From: Octopus bimaculoides
Lineage: Eukaryota
DNA length: 64,000 nucleotides
Direction of reading: 5' to 3'
NCBI RefSeq assembly: GCF_001194135.2
Contig: NC_068995.1
Location: 57,831,137 to 57,895,136, forward strand
Part shown: positions 62,102 to 64,000 of the stretch, in pieces
How the letters are laid out: each line of letters opens with the position of its first letter
Position numbering within the stretch: position 1 is the first letter of the stretch
Made by a program: the position numbers and the translations under genes
The notes under the pieces: model-generated
Told to the model about the DNA's origin: nothing
Databases searched by the model: none
What the model saw: only the letters and a program-made list of their open reading frames with translations

Positions 62102-62209
62102 ATTTTATTGAAACTGAAACCGAGTTTTAGGTTTCGCGCCACTGCAATCTTCAGAAGAAATTCTTTCTGAGAGACGAATTCTCACTTTCACTTTCAGCTT
62201 CAATAAAAT
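62102..62209 (-). other. 108-bp element with 18-bp inverted arms enclosing a degenerate hammerhead-like core
   Basis: ATTTTATTGAAACTGAAA (62102-19) versus TTTCAGCTTCAATAAAAT (62192-209). Minus-strand core CTGAAGA-TTGCAGTGGCGC-GAAAC (62154-62131). Confidence 0.45.
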
Positions 62210-62216
62210 ACGCACG

Positions 62217-62259
<43 letters not shown>

Positions 62260-62994
62260 NNNNNNNNNNNNNNNNNNNNNNNNNNNNNNNNNNNNNNNNN
62301 NNNNNNNNNNNNNNNNNNNNNNNNNNNNNNNNNNNNNNNNNNNNNNNNNNNNNNNNNNNNNNNNNNNNNNNNNNNNNNNNNNNNNNNNNNNNNNNNNNNN
62401 NNNNNNNNNNNNNNNNNNNNNNNNNNNNNNNNNNNNNNNNNNNNNNNNNNNNNNNNNNNNNNNNNNNNNNNNNNNNNNNNNNNNNNNNNNNNNNNNNNNN
62501 NNNNNNNNNNNNNNNNNNNNNNNNNNNNNNNNNNNNNNNNNNNNNNNNNNNNNNNNNNNNNNNNNNNNNNNNNNNNNNNNNNNNNNNNNNNNNNNNNNNN
62601 NNNNNNNNNNNNNNNNNNNNNNNNNNNNNNNNNNNNNNNNNNNNNNNNNNNNNNNNNNNNNNNNNNNNNNNNNNNNNNNNNNNNNNNNNNNNNNNNNNNN
62701 NNNNNNNNNNNNNNNNNNNNNNNNNNNNNNNNNNNNNNNNNNNNNNNNNNNNNNNNNNNNNNNNNNNNNNNNNNNNNNNNNNNNNNNNNNNNNNNNNNNN
62801 NNNNNNNNNNNNNNNNNNNNNNNNNNNNNNNNNNNNNNNNNNNNNNNNNNNNNNNNNNNNNNNNNNNNNNNNNNNNNNNNNNNNNNNNNNNNNNNNNNNN
62901 NNAGCATTAACTACGGGGTCCAGAAAGGTGTGAAGGTCTTCTGATCACACAGTTTCGCGTTTTCACTCGCAAACTTTCTTTCGTGGGGCTGCGA

Positions 62995-63730
62995 TTTCAT
63001 TGGTGGTGGTGGTGGTGGTGGTGTGACGAAGTTGATGGTACCGATAGTGGTGGTTATGGTAGTGGCGGCGGTGGTTCATGTGTTGGTGTGATGAGGTGCT
63101 TTATGGTGGTGGTGTTCGTGGTGGTGGTGGTGGTTACAGAGGCTGCGAAGGTAATGGTGGTATTTGTGTTGGCGGTGGATGTGGTGGTGGTGGTTTAGTG
63201 CTTATGGTGAACACTTTGATAGTGATGGTTGTGGTGATAGTTCTTGATTCGGTGGTGTTGGTGGCGGTGGTTCGAAACGAACTGGTACCGTCTCAATGTC
63301 ACTGTAGAGGCTTCAAGACAATTATTATTAGTATTATTATTATTAATAGTATTGTTGTTGTTGTTGTAATTGTTGTTGATGATGGTATTATTGTTGTTGT
63401 TATTATTATTATTGTTAACGTGGTGGCGACAAAAACGCTAATTACAGCCGGATGTGTTTGGTTACGATCAAAGCAGAATCCCTGTTGTCTCGTAGTTTCC
63501 ACTCCATCCATGCCTCCCACCAAACACCTTCTTTGCCTTCCTTGTTATGTCCTACATTACTATTATCTCTACCACCACAACCTCCCACCATCACCGCCGC
63601 CGCTGCCACTACCACTACTACACTTACTACCATCTCTCCCTCCACCACCACAATACCCTCTTGCCTCCCCGCCAGCACTCCAGCGATCACTACAATTGTC
63701 ACCACCACCACCACCACCAACATCACCACT
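62995..63730. repeat. Degenerate triplet repeats: (GGT)n, (TTA/TTG)n, then (CCA)n
   Basis: Low-complexity tracts explain the V/G/P/T-rich ORFs at 62983-63782. Confidence 0.85.
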
Positions 63731-64000
63731 ATTGTCTAATAGTCTACTAACTGAAACAAGCACAATGGTTAAAAATAGATGACGGGCTCTGGCGTCGATT
63801 GTTCGATTAACTGGACGACCTACAGAGTGAGTTAGCGTACAACGCGGCTGGGTATTCCACAGATATGAAATACCCTTAATGTACTATTTAGGTAGAAACA
63901 CCGTGTGACAAGATAATTCCTGTGAATTTCGAGGAGAATCCATCTGACGAGCTTCTGTCAGTTTCCATCCACAGAAAGTCACTCATAAGCCTTTTGGATC

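Noticed and set aside
10962-62907. Long ORFs containing X runs (e.g. 14477-15466, 52048-52893, 62200-62907, 47969-48658)
   Set aside because: They are open only because they cross N gaps.

Overview
This is repeat-dominated, AT-rich, non-coding eukaryotic DNA. It is almost certainly a cephalopod (Octopus-like) intron or intergenic region; that is an inference from the SINE/LINE repertoire and the extreme microsatellite load. The assembly is short-read-like, with many N gaps, mostly beside microsatellites. I found no intact host protein-coding gene, rRNA, true tRNA or CRISPR array; nearly all supplied ORFs are microsatellite, low-complexity or N-gap artefacts. The recognisable coding remnants are all mobile elements: two mariner loci (one a fold-back), a truncated Tc1, a Penelope RT fragment, an APE-endonuclease LINE, RTE 3' ends, and about ten restriction-like-endonuclease (R4/Dong-type) LINE fragments. 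There are also dozens of tRNA-derived SINEs from at least four families and several MITE-like elements. The most notable signal is a 187-bp fold-back insertion (21943-22129). Its 57-bp inverted arms enclose a complete minimal type I hammerhead ribozyme motif, and related variant or decayed hammerhead motifs occur at about 33.9, 51.7 and 62.1 kb. Other points of interest are a chain of elements parked in (TAA)n repeats (including a ~530-bp non-coding passenger), a pre-miRNA-shaped 72-nt hairpin, and unique-sequence islands dense in promoter and nuclear-receptor motifs. Family names are from memory of consensus motifs, not database searches, and repeat boundaries are approximate (about +/-15 bp).
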